Translations under genes and position numbers: made by a program
Notes under the pieces: generated by a model
Told to the model about the DNA's origin: nothing
Database searches by the model: none
The model's input: only the letters and a program-made list of their open reading frames with translations
NCBI GenBank assembly: GCA_026386845.1
Contig: JAPLMW010000039.1
Coordinates: 1-61,881 of the forward strand
DNA length: 61,881 nt
DNA from: Phycisphaerae bacterium
GTDB taxonomy: Bacteria; Planctomycetota; Phycisphaerae; Sedimentisphaerales; UBA12454
Direction of reading: 5' to 3'
In this document: piece after piece, positions 17,883-26,567 of the stretch
Layout: every line of letters begins with the position of its first letter
Position numbering within the stretch: position 1 is the stretch's first letter

Positions 17883-19277
17883 ATGAAACTTACTTTTCAC
17901 GGGGCTGCACGCGAAGTTACCGGCTCGGCTCACATAGTTACAATCAACGGCAAAAATATCCTGCTTGATTGCGGCCTGTTTCAGGGCAAACGAAAGGAAG
18001 CGTTCGAAAAGAACCGCAATTTTCTCGTTGACCCTTCCAAAATTGACGTAATGCTCCTGTCTCACGCCCATATGGACCACAGCGGCAACATCCCGACTCT
18101 CGTCAAAAAAGGCTACAAAGGCAAAATTTACTGCACCGACGCTACAGCCGATTTATGCAAAATAATGTTTCAGGATTGCGCCCGAATTCAGATTCACGAT
18201 GTTAAATTCGTCAATAAAAGAAGAGCAAATCAGGGCAAAAATCTTTTTGAACCGCTTTATACAACCGAAGATGCCGATATCGCATCGCGGCATCTTGAGC
18301 CTGTTCCGTATTCAGTGCCATTCAAAATTTTTGACAATGTCGAGGTTACTTTTCACGATGCAGGCCATATTCTCGGCTCCGCCTTTACGGAAATAAATTT
18401 TAAAGAAAACGGCAGCACAAAAAAACTGATGTTCACCGGCGACATCGGCCGCCGTGATATACCGATTCTCAAGGACCCTGTCGTTATCAAAGACATTGAT
18501 TATCTTATTACCGAAAGCACCTATGGCGACCGCAGGCACCCGCCCGCCTCGGATGTCAAGGACGCTCTCAAAAAAGTTGTCGATGAAATTTGTTCTACAA
18601 AAGGAAAACTGATAATCCCGGCGTTCAGCGTCGGCAGAACACAATACGTTGTTTATCTTCTGAACAAATTATACAGCGAAGGCCAAATCTGTCCGCTGCC
18701 GATTTTTGTTGATTCGCCGCTGTCCAGTGCCGCCACTGATATTTACGCAAAGCACAGGGAATGCTGGGACTCTGCCGCGGTGGAATTCCTGATTAACGGC
18801 CAAAAGCCTTTTGATTTTAAGCATCTGCGATACACTGAAAGCGTAGAGGAATCCAAATCTTTGAACGATATGTCCGGCCCGATGATTATTATTTCCGCTT
18901 CGGGAATGTGCGAAGCCGGTCGAATCCTTCATCATTTAAAGAACAACATAGACAATCCAAAAAACATCGTATTGATTGTCGGCTATATGGCCGAAAATAC
19001 ACTCGGCCGCAGGATTGCCGAACACCGCAAAGAGGTAAAAATTCTCGGCACTGTCCTGCCGCTCAAAGCGGAAGTTGAGGAAATCGCCGCCTTAAGCGCC
19101 CACGCCGACGAGTTTGAAATGCTCGATTATTTCAACAGGTGTGGTGCATCCCATATTGAGCATGTTTTCTGTGTCCACGGCGAACAAAACGCCCTTGAAT
19201 TCTTCTCCGAAAGGCTCCTCGAAGCGGGTATGAAAAACGCCCATATTCCCTCCCCCGGCCAGACCTTTGAACTGTAG
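17883..19277 (+). CDS. MBL-fold beta-CASP family hydrolase (RNA-metabolising nuclease-like)
   Basis: SHAHMDHSG (HxHxDH) plus a C-terminal beta-CASP/RNA-specificity region (SAHAD). Confidence 0.85.
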   Translation: MKLTFHGAAREVTGSAHIVTINGKNILLDCGLFQGKRKEAFEKNRNFLVDPSKIDVMLLSHAHMDHSGNIPTLVKKGYKGKIYCTDATADLCKIMFQDCARIQIHDVKFVNKRRANQGKNLFEPLYTTEDADIASRHLEPVPYSVPFKIFDNVEVTFHDAGHILGSAFTEINFKENGSTKKLMFTGDIGRRDIPILKDPVVIKDIDYLITESTYGDRRHPPASDVKDALKKVVDEICSTKGKLIIPAFSVGRTQYVVYLLNKLYSEGQICPLPIFVDSPLSSAATDIYAKHRECWDSAAVEFLINGQKPFDFKHLRYTESVEESKSLNDMSGPMIIISASGMCEAGRILHHLKNNIDNPKNIVLIVGYMAENTLGRRIAEHRKEVKILGTVLPLKAEVEEIAALSAHADEFEMLDYFNRCGASHIEHVFCVHGEQNALEFFSERLLEAGMKNAHIPSPGQTFEL

Positions 19278-19335
19278 CATTGTCTTATTTTACTTGCTAA
19301 AAAGACCCTCATTTTGTAAACTTTCTTATCAATTT

Positions 19336-19407
19336 GCCAACGTAGCTCAACGGTAGAGCTCCGGTTTTGTAAACCGGGGGTTATCGGTTCGAATCCGATC
19401 GTTGGCT
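19336..19407 (+). tRNA. tRNA-Thr (anticodon UGU)
   Basis: Acceptor stem GCCAACG/CGTTGGC and D arm GCTC-AACGGTA-GAGC. The anticodon stem-loop is CCGGT-TTTGTAA-ACCGG. The T arm is GGTTCGAATCC. No CCA is encoded. Confidence 0.85.
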
Positions 19408-19468
19408 TTAAGGAAAACATTTCCGTAAAAAGGCCGATAAAAGAGCAAATCTCTCTTGACCCCCTCGG

Positions 19469-20296
19469 ATTAAAATCCTGTTTCGCGGTAAAACCGTTGT
19501 TGTAAAGCTTGGCGGAAGCGTTCTTGACGACCCGCAGCTCCAGAAAAAGCTGCTGACCGACGTTGTTTTTATGGCGACTGTCGGCATTCAGCCCATCCTG
19601 GTCCATGGCGGCGGCAAAGCCATAACAAAGGCGATGAACGAGTCCGGCCTTGAGCCGCAGTGGGTCAACGGCAGACGATACACCGACGAGCGGACAATGA
19701 CTATCGTCGAGCACGTGCTCATTCACGACATAAACGCCTCCATTTGCGAGACTATAAAGCAGCTTGGCTGTGACGCTATGGGTCTGCACTCGCTCAGCAG
19801 TTGTGTCCTTTTCGCGGAGCCGCTCCGCTATACCGACCCGCAGGGCAGAAAAATAGACCTTGGCCTTGTCGGCGAGGTCAAAACCGTCAACAGCGTTTTG
19901 CTTAAGACCCTCGGTGCGAACGGGACTATTCCGGTTATCGCGCCTGTGGCAATCGACCGCAGCGGCGGAAAATTAAACGTTAATGCCGACAGCGCAGCCG
20001 GTAAAGTCGCCGCCGCCGTCGAAGCCGAAAAATTCGTCTCCGTCAGCGATACCAACGGAATACTCAAAGACGTAAACGACCCCGACAGCGGTATCGAAAG
20101 TGTAACCGAAGCGGAAATAAAGAAAATGATTACCGCCGGCATAATAACCGAAGGTATGCTGCCAAAGGTGGATGCCTGTCTTATCGCCATTGATGGCGGC
20201 GTAAAGAAGGCGCACATAATCGACGGCAGAATCCAGCATTCCCTCCTGCTGGAAATATACACTGAAGAAGGCATAGGCACTCAAATAATTAAATGA
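19469..20296 (+). CDS. argB: acetylglutamate kinase (start codon uncertain)
   Basis: FRGKTVVVKLGGS and ILVHGGG, typical of the amino-acid kinase family. The frame opens after TGA 19457-19459. The only start-like codons before the KxGG motif are ATT, ATC and CTG. Confidence 0.8.
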   Translation: MKILFRGKTVVVKLGGSVLDDPQLQKKLLTDVVFMATVGIQPILVHGGGKAITKAMNESGLEPQWVNGRRYTDERTMTIVEHVLIHDINASICETIKQLGCDAMGLHSLSSCVLFAEPLRYTDPQGRKIDLGLVGEVKTVNSVLLKTLGANGTIPVIAPVAIDRSGGKLNVNADSAAGKVAAAVEAEKFVSVSDTNGILKDVNDPDSGIESVTEAEIKKMITAGIITEGMLPKVDACLIAIDGGVKKAHIIDGRIQHSLLLEIYTEEGIGTQIIK

Positions 20297-20311
20297 AAAT
20301 AAATTCCAGGT

Positions 20312-20360
20312 TTAGCCCCCACCTGCCGTAAGGCATCCCTTAGCGGACCTGCGGTGGGGG
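20312..20360 (+). repeat. TTAGCC-hairpin repeat (CCCCCACC...GGTGGGGG) enclosing the 24-nt module
   Basis: TTAGCC followed by an 8-bp GC stem. The loop contains TGCCGTAAGGCATCCCTTAGCGGA. Confidence 0.7.
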
Positions 20361-20374
20361 GAGAAAAAACAAAA

Positions 20375-21553
20375 ATGACGACACAGGAAGTAATAAATTT
20401 GTTCGACAAATACGTAATCGGCAATTACAGCCGCCTGCCGAAGGTTATAACCCGCGGCAAAGGCTGCTATATATATGATACGGACGGCGGAAAAATCCTC
20501 GATATGTTCCCCGGCTGGGCCGTCAGCGGAATTGGCCACTGTCATCCCAAGGTCGTAAAAGCCATACAAAAGCAGGCCAAAATCCTGTTGCATATGGATA
20601 ATACTTTTTATACTGAGCTGCAGGGCCGCCTTGCTCAGTTGCTCAGCGACCGCGCCTTCGGCGGCAAATGCTTTTTCTGCAACAGCGGCGCAGAGGCAAA
20701 CGAAGCGGCTATGAAACTCGCCAGAATCTATACCGCAAAGGGAAAATATAAATACATTACCGCCCTTGGCAGCTTTCACGGCCGAACGTTCGCCGCTATG
20801 ACAGCCACGGCTCAACCTAAAAAACACGCCGGCTTCGAGCCCGTGCTGCCGGGCTTTATTTATGTCCCGTTTAACGATGTCGATGCCCTGCAAAAGGCCT
20901 TTGATAACGAAGTCGCCGCCGTGATGATTGAACCTATTCAGGGCGAAGGCGGCATTAACGTCGCGACGCCTGAATATATGTCCGCGATACGTCACCTCTG
21001 CGATAAAAATCAGGCTGTGATGATTCTCGATGAAGTCCAGACCGGAATGGGCCGCACAGGAAAATGGTTTGGCTACCAGCATTACAACGTCGAGCCGGAC
21101 ATTATCACATTGGCCAAAACACTTGGCGGCGGTGTCGCTATCGGCGCTATGATGGCTAAGCCGAATATCGCTGCTTCGTTTACGCCCGGCACGCACGCCT
21201 CTACTTTCGGCGGCAATTGTATCGCCTGCGCCGCAGGCATTGCGGTTATCGAGGCGATTGAAGAAGAAAATATGCTTCAAAATACTCAGGAAATTGGACA
21301 ATACGCAGCCGACAAGCTCAATCAGTTGAAAACTAAGTATAGTATTATTGACCATATTCGCGGCAAAGGCCTGATGATTGGCATTCAGCTCAAATCGCCC
21401 GGTGTCGAAATTGTAAAAAACTGTCTCGCCGCCGGCCTGCGTATAAATTGCACTCAGGATACAGTTCTGCGTTTTATGCCGCCTATGAATATTACCGCAA
21501 AACAGATTGACTCGGCGATTAAAATTCTTGATAATGTTTTAAAAGATATTTGA
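20375..21553 (+). CDS. argD: acetylornithine aminotransferase
   Basis: Class-III aminotransferase with DEVQTGMGRTGKWF and TLAKTLGGG. ATG 20375 is preceded by GGGGGAG. Confidence 0.9.
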   Translation: MTTQEVINLFDKYVIGNYSRLPKVITRGKGCYIYDTDGGKILDMFPGWAVSGIGHCHPKVVKAIQKQAKILLHMDNTFYTELQGRLAQLLSDRAFGGKCFFCNSGAEANEAAMKLARIYTAKGKYKYITALGSFHGRTFAAMTATAQPKKHAGFEPVLPGFIYVPFNDVDALQKAFDNEVAAVMIEPIQGEGGINVATPEYMSAIRHLCDKNQAVMILDEVQTGMGRTGKWFGYQHYNVEPDIITLAKTLGGGVAIGAMMAKPNIAASFTPGTHASTFGGNCIACAAGIAVIEAIEEENMLQNTQEIGQYAADKLNQLKTKYSIIDHIRGKGLMIGIQLKSPGVEIVKNCLAAGLRINCTQDTVLRFMPPMNITAKQIDSAIKILDNVLKDI

Positions 21554-21562
21554 TATTCTTGT

Positions 21563-21642
21563 TTAGCCGTCGCCGGCACGGCGACGTGTCATTCCCGCGA
21601 AAGCGGGAATCCAGTATATTTAGCCGCCGGTTTTACCGGCGG
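21563..21642 (+). repeat. composite of TTAGCC-hairpin, GTCATT-hairpin-AATCCAG and TTAGCC-hairpin
   Basis: TTAGCCGTCGCCggcacGGCGACG, then GTCATTCCCGCGAAAGCGGGAATCCAG (21588-21614), then TTAGCCGCCGGTtttaACCGGCGG. Confidence 0.7.
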
Positions 21643-21673
21643 TTAGTTATTTTTTAAGTAAAACAGGTGTCTA

Positions 21674-22582
21674 ATGAAGGATTTTCTTTCCGTAAGCAGT
21701 TGTTCGACTGATGAACTTCTTGAATTGCTCGATTTGAGCGATACGCTCAAGAAATTCTACAAAAAGGGCAATCGGGACCTCTGCCTTGCCGGCAAGAGTC
21801 TGGTTATGCTCTTTGAAAAACCCAGCCTGCGGACGCGGATGAGTTTTCAGATTGCGATGGCTCAGCTTGGCGGCCATCCTATTTATGTTAAACCCGAAGA
21901 CATCGGCGGCATCGGAAAACGCGAGCCTTTAAAAGATATGGCGCGCGTCTTGTCTCGTTATGCCAACGGCATTATGGCAAGAACCTTTGCCCACGAAACC
22001 GTCTTAGAGCTTGCAAAATACGCTGATGTCCCCGTGATAAATGCCCTTACAGATTGGTCGCATCCCTGCCAGGCTATGGCCGACATTATGACAATCCGTG
22101 AGCACTTTGGAAAATTAAATGGAATTAAAATCGCTTATATCGGCGATGGCAATAATGTCGCGCGTTCGCTTGCCTTTGGCTGCGCAAAATTGGGAATGAA
22201 AATTGTTATCGCTTCGCCCAGGGGTTACGAACTGGATGAAAAATCTATAACCCGCACAAACGAAATCGCCGCCGGCACAACCGTCCAGACAAATAATCCT
22301 CACGATGCCGTCCAAGGTGCGGACATAATTTACACCGATACATGGGTAAGTATGGGTCAGGAGGATGAAAAGCAGAAGCGGATTGCTGATTTTAAAGGTT
22401 TCGCTGTGGATAGCGCGCTTGTTTCAGCGGCGCCGAAGGCAAAGATTATGCACTGTCTGCCTGCCTATCGCGGCTATGAAATAACCGATGAGGTTATGGA
22501 ATCGCAAAATTCTATCGTCTTCGATGAGGCCGAAAATCGCCTTCACTTCCAGCGGGCATTACTTAAAAAACTTTTAAGTTAA
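21674..22582 (+). CDS. argF: ornithine carbamoyltransferase
   Basis: SLRTRMSF (STRTR), HPCQAMAD and HCLPAYRG motifs. Confidence 0.9.
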   Translation: MKDFLSVSSCSTDELLELLDLSDTLKKFYKKGNRDLCLAGKSLVMLFEKPSLRTRMSFQIAMAQLGGHPIYVKPEDIGGIGKREPLKDMARVLSRYANGIMARTFAHETVLELAKYADVPVINALTDWSHPCQAMADIMTIREHFGKLNGIKIAYIGDGNNVARSLAFGCAKLGMKIVIASPRGYELDEKSITRTNEIAAGTTVQTNNPHDAVQGADIIYTDTWVSMGQEDEKQKRIADFKGFAVDSALVSAAPKAKIMHCLPAYRGYEITDEVMESQNSIVFDEAENRLHFQRALLKKLLS

Positions 22583-22599
22583 TGAGGAACTAATTTTAA

Positions 22600-22622
22600 T
22601 TCACCACAGAGGCACAGAGGAA
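22600..22622 (-). repeat. 23-nt motif TTCCTCTGTGCCTCTGTGGTGAA (inverted copy)
   Basis: Reverse complement of the 3' ends of the repeats at 16620-16642 and 23315-23337. Confidence 0.7.
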
Positions 22623-22655
22623 TGATAGATCGTATATATTATTAGAAGAGTGAAT

Positions 22656-23030
22656 ATGAAAGATTATGATGAACTGTCCGGCAAGGTTATTGGTTGTGCC
22701 ATAGAAGTCCATCGTGCTCTTGGACCCGGCCTTTTGGAATCTGCCTATGAAAGATGTCTTTCTTTTGAATTATCGGCTAATAATATTCATCATTTAGTTC
22801 AAAAAGAATTGCCGGTAAAATATAAGAATATTGAACTTGACTGCAATTACAGAATTGATTTCCTTATTGAGGACAAATTAATCGTCGAATTAAAGTCTGT
22901 TGATGCAATTTTGCCGATTTATGAAGCTCAGATTTTAACGTATATGAAACTGGCCGGTGTTAGAACAGGCCTTTTAATAAATTTTAATGTTCGTCTTTTG
23001 AGAGACGGCATACAAAGATTCGTTTTATAA
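22656..23030 (+). CDS. GxxExxY family protein (PD-(D/E)XK nuclease-like fold)
   Basis: GPGLLESAYERCL matches the GxxExxY motif. Length is about 125 aa. Confidence 0.85.
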   Translation: MKDYDELSGKVIGCAIEVHRALGPGLLESAYERCLSFELSANNIHHLVQKELPVKYKNIELDCNYRIDFLIEDKLIVELKSVDAILPIYEAQILTYMKLAGVRTGLLINFNVRLLRDGIQRFVL

Positions 23031-23337
23031 ATTTCTCTGAGTTCTTAATTATACGCTGGTATAACTTCTGACTTTAACTAATGTGAGTCTCGTTTTTTTA
23101 TGAAATGGCTTTAAAAAATTCGTTTTATATCTCATTTTTCTCTGTGTCGGAGTTTACCCCGTGAGATGTCGCAGTTATCTCATCGGGGTGGTGAAAAATA
23201 TTTTCTAATTTCTCTGAGTTCTTAATTATACGCCGGCATAACTCCTGGCTTTAATTAATATAAGTCTCGTTTTATTATGAAATGGCTTAAAAAAAATTCG
23301 TTTTATATCTCATTTCCCTCTGTGTCTCTGTGGTGAA
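23031..23337 (+). repeat. two tandem copies of the ~130-nt repeat (23031-23195 and 23208-23337)
   Basis: Both copies align with 16516-16642. The first carries a 41-nt hairpin insert, CCCCGTGAGATG..ATCTCATCGGGG (23148-23188). Confidence 0.75.
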
Positions 23338-24028
23338 TAATATAAAAAAAATTCTCGTTGCGACAACAAATCCCGGCAAACTGAAAGAAATTTCAGAAAT
23401 GCTGGATTTCGATATTACCTGGTTAAGTCTCAAAGACTTTCCTGGCATCAAAGAAATCGAAGAGGACGGTAAAACCTTCGCTGAAAACGCTCGGAAAAAA
23501 GCTCTCGGCTACGCAAAACAAACAAATCTCTGGACGCTCGCCGATGATTCAGGTTTGGTTATCGATGCCCTCGGCGGCGCGCCCGGCGTAACAAGCGCAA
23601 GATTCAGTTTAGCCCCCACCCCTGTGGTGGGGGTTAGCCCCGCCAACACTTTGGCGGGGTCACAATCTAAAAATAGAACTCTCCTTGACCACAAGAATAT
23701 GGCCAAGGTTTTAACTCTGCTCAAAGATGTTCCCAAACAAAAAAGAACAGCCAGGTTTGTCTGCTGTTTATGTCTTGCCTGCCCTGAGCCTGTCGAAGGG
23801 GCAAGTCCCCAAAAAGTTTTGATTGAAACAGAAGGAAAACTCCAGGGTATTATCGCTGAAAATCCTGCCGGCAGCAATGGTTTTGGTTATGACCCGATTT
23901 TCTTTGTCCCGCAGCTTAAAAAAACCGTCGCGCAGCTCCAATCTGCTGAAAAAAACAATATTTCGCATCGCGGCCAGGCCATAAAAAAACTCAAACCACT
24001 TCTTCAAAAACTGCTTGAAACAAATTAA
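23330..24028 (+). CDS. rdgB: RdgB/HAM1 family non-canonical purine NTP pyrophosphatase with in-frame repeat insertions
   Basis: ATTNPGKLKE, TARFVC, FGYDPIF and SHRG motifs. The GTG start at 23330 is uncertain. Confidence 0.85.
   Translation: MVNNIKKILVATTNPGKLKEISEMLDFDITWLSLKDFPGIKEIEEDGKTFAENARKKALGYAKQTNLWTLADDSGLVIDALGGAPGVTSARFSLAPTPVVGVSPANTLAGSQSKNRTLLDHKNMAKVLTLLKDVPKQKRTARFVCCLCLACPEPVEGASPQKVLIETEGKLQGIIAENPAGSNGFGYDPIFFVPQLKKTVAQLQSAEKNNISHRGQAIKKLKPLLQKLLETN
23609..23659 (+). repeat. two tandem TTAGCC-hairpin units in frame within rdgB (17 codons)
   Basis: TTAGCCCCCACCcctgtGGTGGGGG followed by TTAGCCCCGCCAAcactTTGGCGGGG. The second unit is near-identical to the intergenic copy at 33028-33053. 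Confidence 0.75.
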
Positions 24029-24187
24029 TCGTCTTACTTAACTTACGATTCCACAAAAACTTACACCATTTATAAATCTAAACCCTCTGTGTCCGGCGCC
24101 TGTCCGCCATAGCCTTTGGCGACGGCGGATGAGCTCTGTGGCTAAAAGAAATAATATTATAACTCTGTGGCTGAATTTTTTTTGTCC

Positions 24188-24216
24188 TTGACATCATATT
24201 TGATTATCTGTATTTG
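24188..24216 (+). promoter_or_regulatory. candidate promoter TTGACA-N17-TATTTG upstream of topA
   Basis: TTGACA at 24188-24193 and a weak -10 at 24211-24216, 11 nt before ATG 24227. Confidence 0.3.
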
Positions 24217-24226
24217 TCCTTATCTT

Positions 24227-24334
24227 ATGGCAAAAAAAACTGTTTCAAAAAAATCGCCCGCCCCCGCAAGGACGGGAAAAAATCTTGTTATCGTTGAATC
24301 CCCGGCAAAGGCAAAATCTGGCCACAGACCTTGA
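24227..24334 (+). pseudogene. topA: topA 5' fragment (MAKKTVSKK..NLVIVESPAKAKS then out of frame, stop 24332-24334)
   Basis: LVIVESPAKAK is the canonical start of the topoisomerase I TOPRIM domain. The frame ends after 35 codons. Confidence 0.7.
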
Positions 24335-26567
24335 CAGGGAAGGCGAAGCCATCGCCTGGCATCTCTCGCAGGTGCTCGGCGTGCCGGAAGATGAAACATA
24401 TCGCGTAATTTTTAACGAGATAACAAAAAAAGCTATCGAGCAGGCCTTCGCAAATCCCGGCAAAATAGATATGGACAAGGTAATGGCTCAGCAGGCAAGA
24501 AGAATCCTCGACCGCATCGTCGGTTATCAGATTAGTCCCCTGCTGTGGAAAAAAGTCGCACGGGGTTTATCGGCCGGCAGAGTCCAGTCCGTTACCGTCA
24601 AAATGATTGTCCAGCGCGAAAGAGAAATTCGCGCATTTAAACCCGTTGAATACTGGCTCATTCCCGCCGTCTTTACAAACCAGCTTGATAAACAAAATGA
24701 ATACAAACAGCAATGGCAGCAGTTTCAGAGCCCAAGCGAAAGCGCAGGGAGTATTAACCCCCCCACACTTGCCCAGCAGAACGACTGGCTCGCCGAGCAC
24801 AGTGCTTTCAAGGCTGAACTTTCCACAATAGCCGGCAAAACCTTTGCCGCGGATAATGCTCAGCAGACACAAAAAATATATGATGCGGTTAAGAATGCTG
24901 ATTTTGTCGTCAGCGCCGTTCAGGTTAAAGATTCTGCTTCCCGCCCCGCCCCGCCGTTTATTACTTCGACCCTTCAGCAGGCCGCCGCCAATCGCCTCGG
25001 CTTCCCGACCAAGCGCACAATGCGCGTCGCTCAGCAGTTATACGAAGGTATCGACCTCGGCTCGATGGGCGCTTTAGGTTTGATTACGTATATGCGAACA
25101 GACAGCACACATCTTTCGCCTGAAGCGATTAGCGAAGCAAGAAAATATATCGGCAGCAATATCGGCGGCAAATATGTTCCTGAAAAACCAAATTATTATT
25201 CCTCAGGCAAAAATGCTCAGCAGGCTCACGAAGCTATAAGGCCTACCGATGTTGACATTGTGCCGGAGCAGATAAAGGATTTGCTCACTGATGAGCAGTA
25301 TAAACTTTATCAGCTTATATGGCGAAGATTCGTCGCTTCGCAGATGACCGCGGCACAATGGAACACAACAACGCTCGAAATTTCAGCCGATACTTCTTTG
25401 GGCAAATGCTGTTATAAGGCTCAGGGAAGAACGCTTATATTTGACGGCTTCACTAAAATCTGGCCGACAGGTTCTGCCGACCAGCAGTTGCCTCAGTTCA
25501 AGCAAGGCGGCAAGGTAGCCGCGATTGACATAAAGGCCGACCAGCATTTTACAAAACCACCTGCTCGTTTCAACGAGGCTTCGCTCGTAAAGGCTCTCGA
25601 AAAGGAAGGAATCGGCAGGCCCAGCACTTACGCGTCGATTATCAGCACTATACAGGACAGGGGTTATGTCGAGCAGCTCGACCGGCAGTTTCATTCCACT
25701 GACATAGGCGAGGTTGTAACCGAAAAACTCGATGAGTTTTTCCCCAAGATTATGGATATGGCTTTTACGAGGTATATGGAAGAGCAGCTTGACAAGATCG
25801 AGGAGCAGCATCTTGACTGGGTCACTGTCTTGAATGAATTTTACGGTCCTTTCAGCAAAGACCTTAAAACGGCCGGCAAGGAAATGGAGCACGCAAAGGC
25901 CGAGACAAAGCCGAGCGAATATACCTGTCCCAAGTGCAGCAAGCCCTTGGTTTACAGGTTTGGCAAAAACGGAAGGTTTTTAAGTTGTTCCGGCTATCCC
26001 GACTGCAAAGTTACATCTCCCTGTGACAGAGACGGAAAGATGCTTGTCGATGAAGTTACTGAGCATAAATGTCCGAATTGCGGCAAGCCGATGGTCAAGA
26101 AGCGAAGCAGGTTTGGCATATTCCTGGGTTGTTCTGATTATCCGACTTGTAAGACGGCGTTGAGGATTGATAAGACTGGTAATATTGTTCCGCCCAAGCC
26201 TCCGCCGCAGCCGACAGGTTTGAAATGTTACAAATGTTCGGCCGGCGAGCTTGTTATAAGGCAGAGCAAAAAAGGTCCTTTCCTCGGCTGCAATAAATTT
26301 CCTCGGTGCAGAACCATAGTAAGCTACAAAAAGCTTGAGGAGTTAAAAGAGCTGCAAAGTAAAGGTCAATGGCCTCCGGCCAGCAGGGAAAAAGCCGATG
26401 AGCTTCTCGGCCGTCAGAAAAAGTCTTCTCCAAAAGCTGATGAACAATCTCTAAAACCGAAACCGGACGCCCCCTCCGCCAAAAACAAAAAGTCCTCAAC
26501 AAAATCGAAGAAGAAGACATCAAAAGGGTCAGCAGAAAAAATAGCAGAAACAGTTGAAGAAAAATAG
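24285..26567 (+). CDS. topA: DNA topoisomerase I, main body in a different frame from its N-terminus
   Basis: LATDLDREGEAIAWH (DxD), GLSAGRVQS, ITYMRTDS (active-site Tyr region), C-terminal CxxC zinc ribbons and a Lys-rich tail. The only in-frame start is TTG 24285. Confidence 0.85.
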   Translation: MLSLNPRQRQNLATDLDREGEAIAWHLSQVLGVPEDETYRVIFNEITKKAIEQAFANPGKIDMDKVMAQQARRILDRIVGYQISPLLWKKVARGLSAGRVQSVTVKMIVQREREIRAFKPVEYWLIPAVFTNQLDKQNEYKQQWQQFQSPSESAGSINPPTLAQQNDWLAEHSAFKAELSTIAGKTFAADNAQQTQKIYDAVKNADFVVSAVQVKDSASRPAPPFITSTLQQAAANRLGFPTKRTMRVAQQLYEGIDLGSMGALGLITYMRTDSTHLSPEAISEARKYIGSNIGGKYVPEKPNYYSSGKNAQQAHEAIRPTDVDIVPEQIKDLLTDEQYKLYQLIWRRFVASQMTAAQWNTTTLEISADTSLGKCCYKAQGRTLIFDGFTKIWPTGSADQQLPQFKQGGKVAAIDIKADQHFTKPPARFNEASLVKALEKEGIGRPSTYASIISTIQDRGYVEQLDRQFHSTDIGEVVTEKLDEFFPKIMDMAFTRYMEEQLDKIEEQHLDWVTVLNEFYGPFSKDLKTAGKEMEHAKAETKPSEYTCPKCSKPLVYRFGKNGRFLSCSGYPDCKVTSPCDRDGKMLVDEVTEHKCPNCGKPMVKKRSRFGIFLGCSDYPTCKTALRIDKTGNIVPPKPPPQPTGLKCYKCSAGELVIRQSKKGPFLGCNKFPRCRTIVSYKKLEELKELQSKGQWPPASREKADELLGRQKKSSPKADEQSLKPKPDAPSAKNKKSSTKSKKKTSKGSAEKIAETVEEK

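Noticed and set aside
19127-19789. 220-aa ORF on the minus strand
   Set aside because: It spans the tRNA-Thr gene and runs antisense to both the beta-CASP 3' end and the argB 5' end, so it is a spurious open frame.
20312-21355. 347-aa ORF on the minus strand
   Set aside because: It lies entirely antisense to the well-supported argD gene, has low-complexity Ala/Gly/Arg-rich composition and no recognisable motif.
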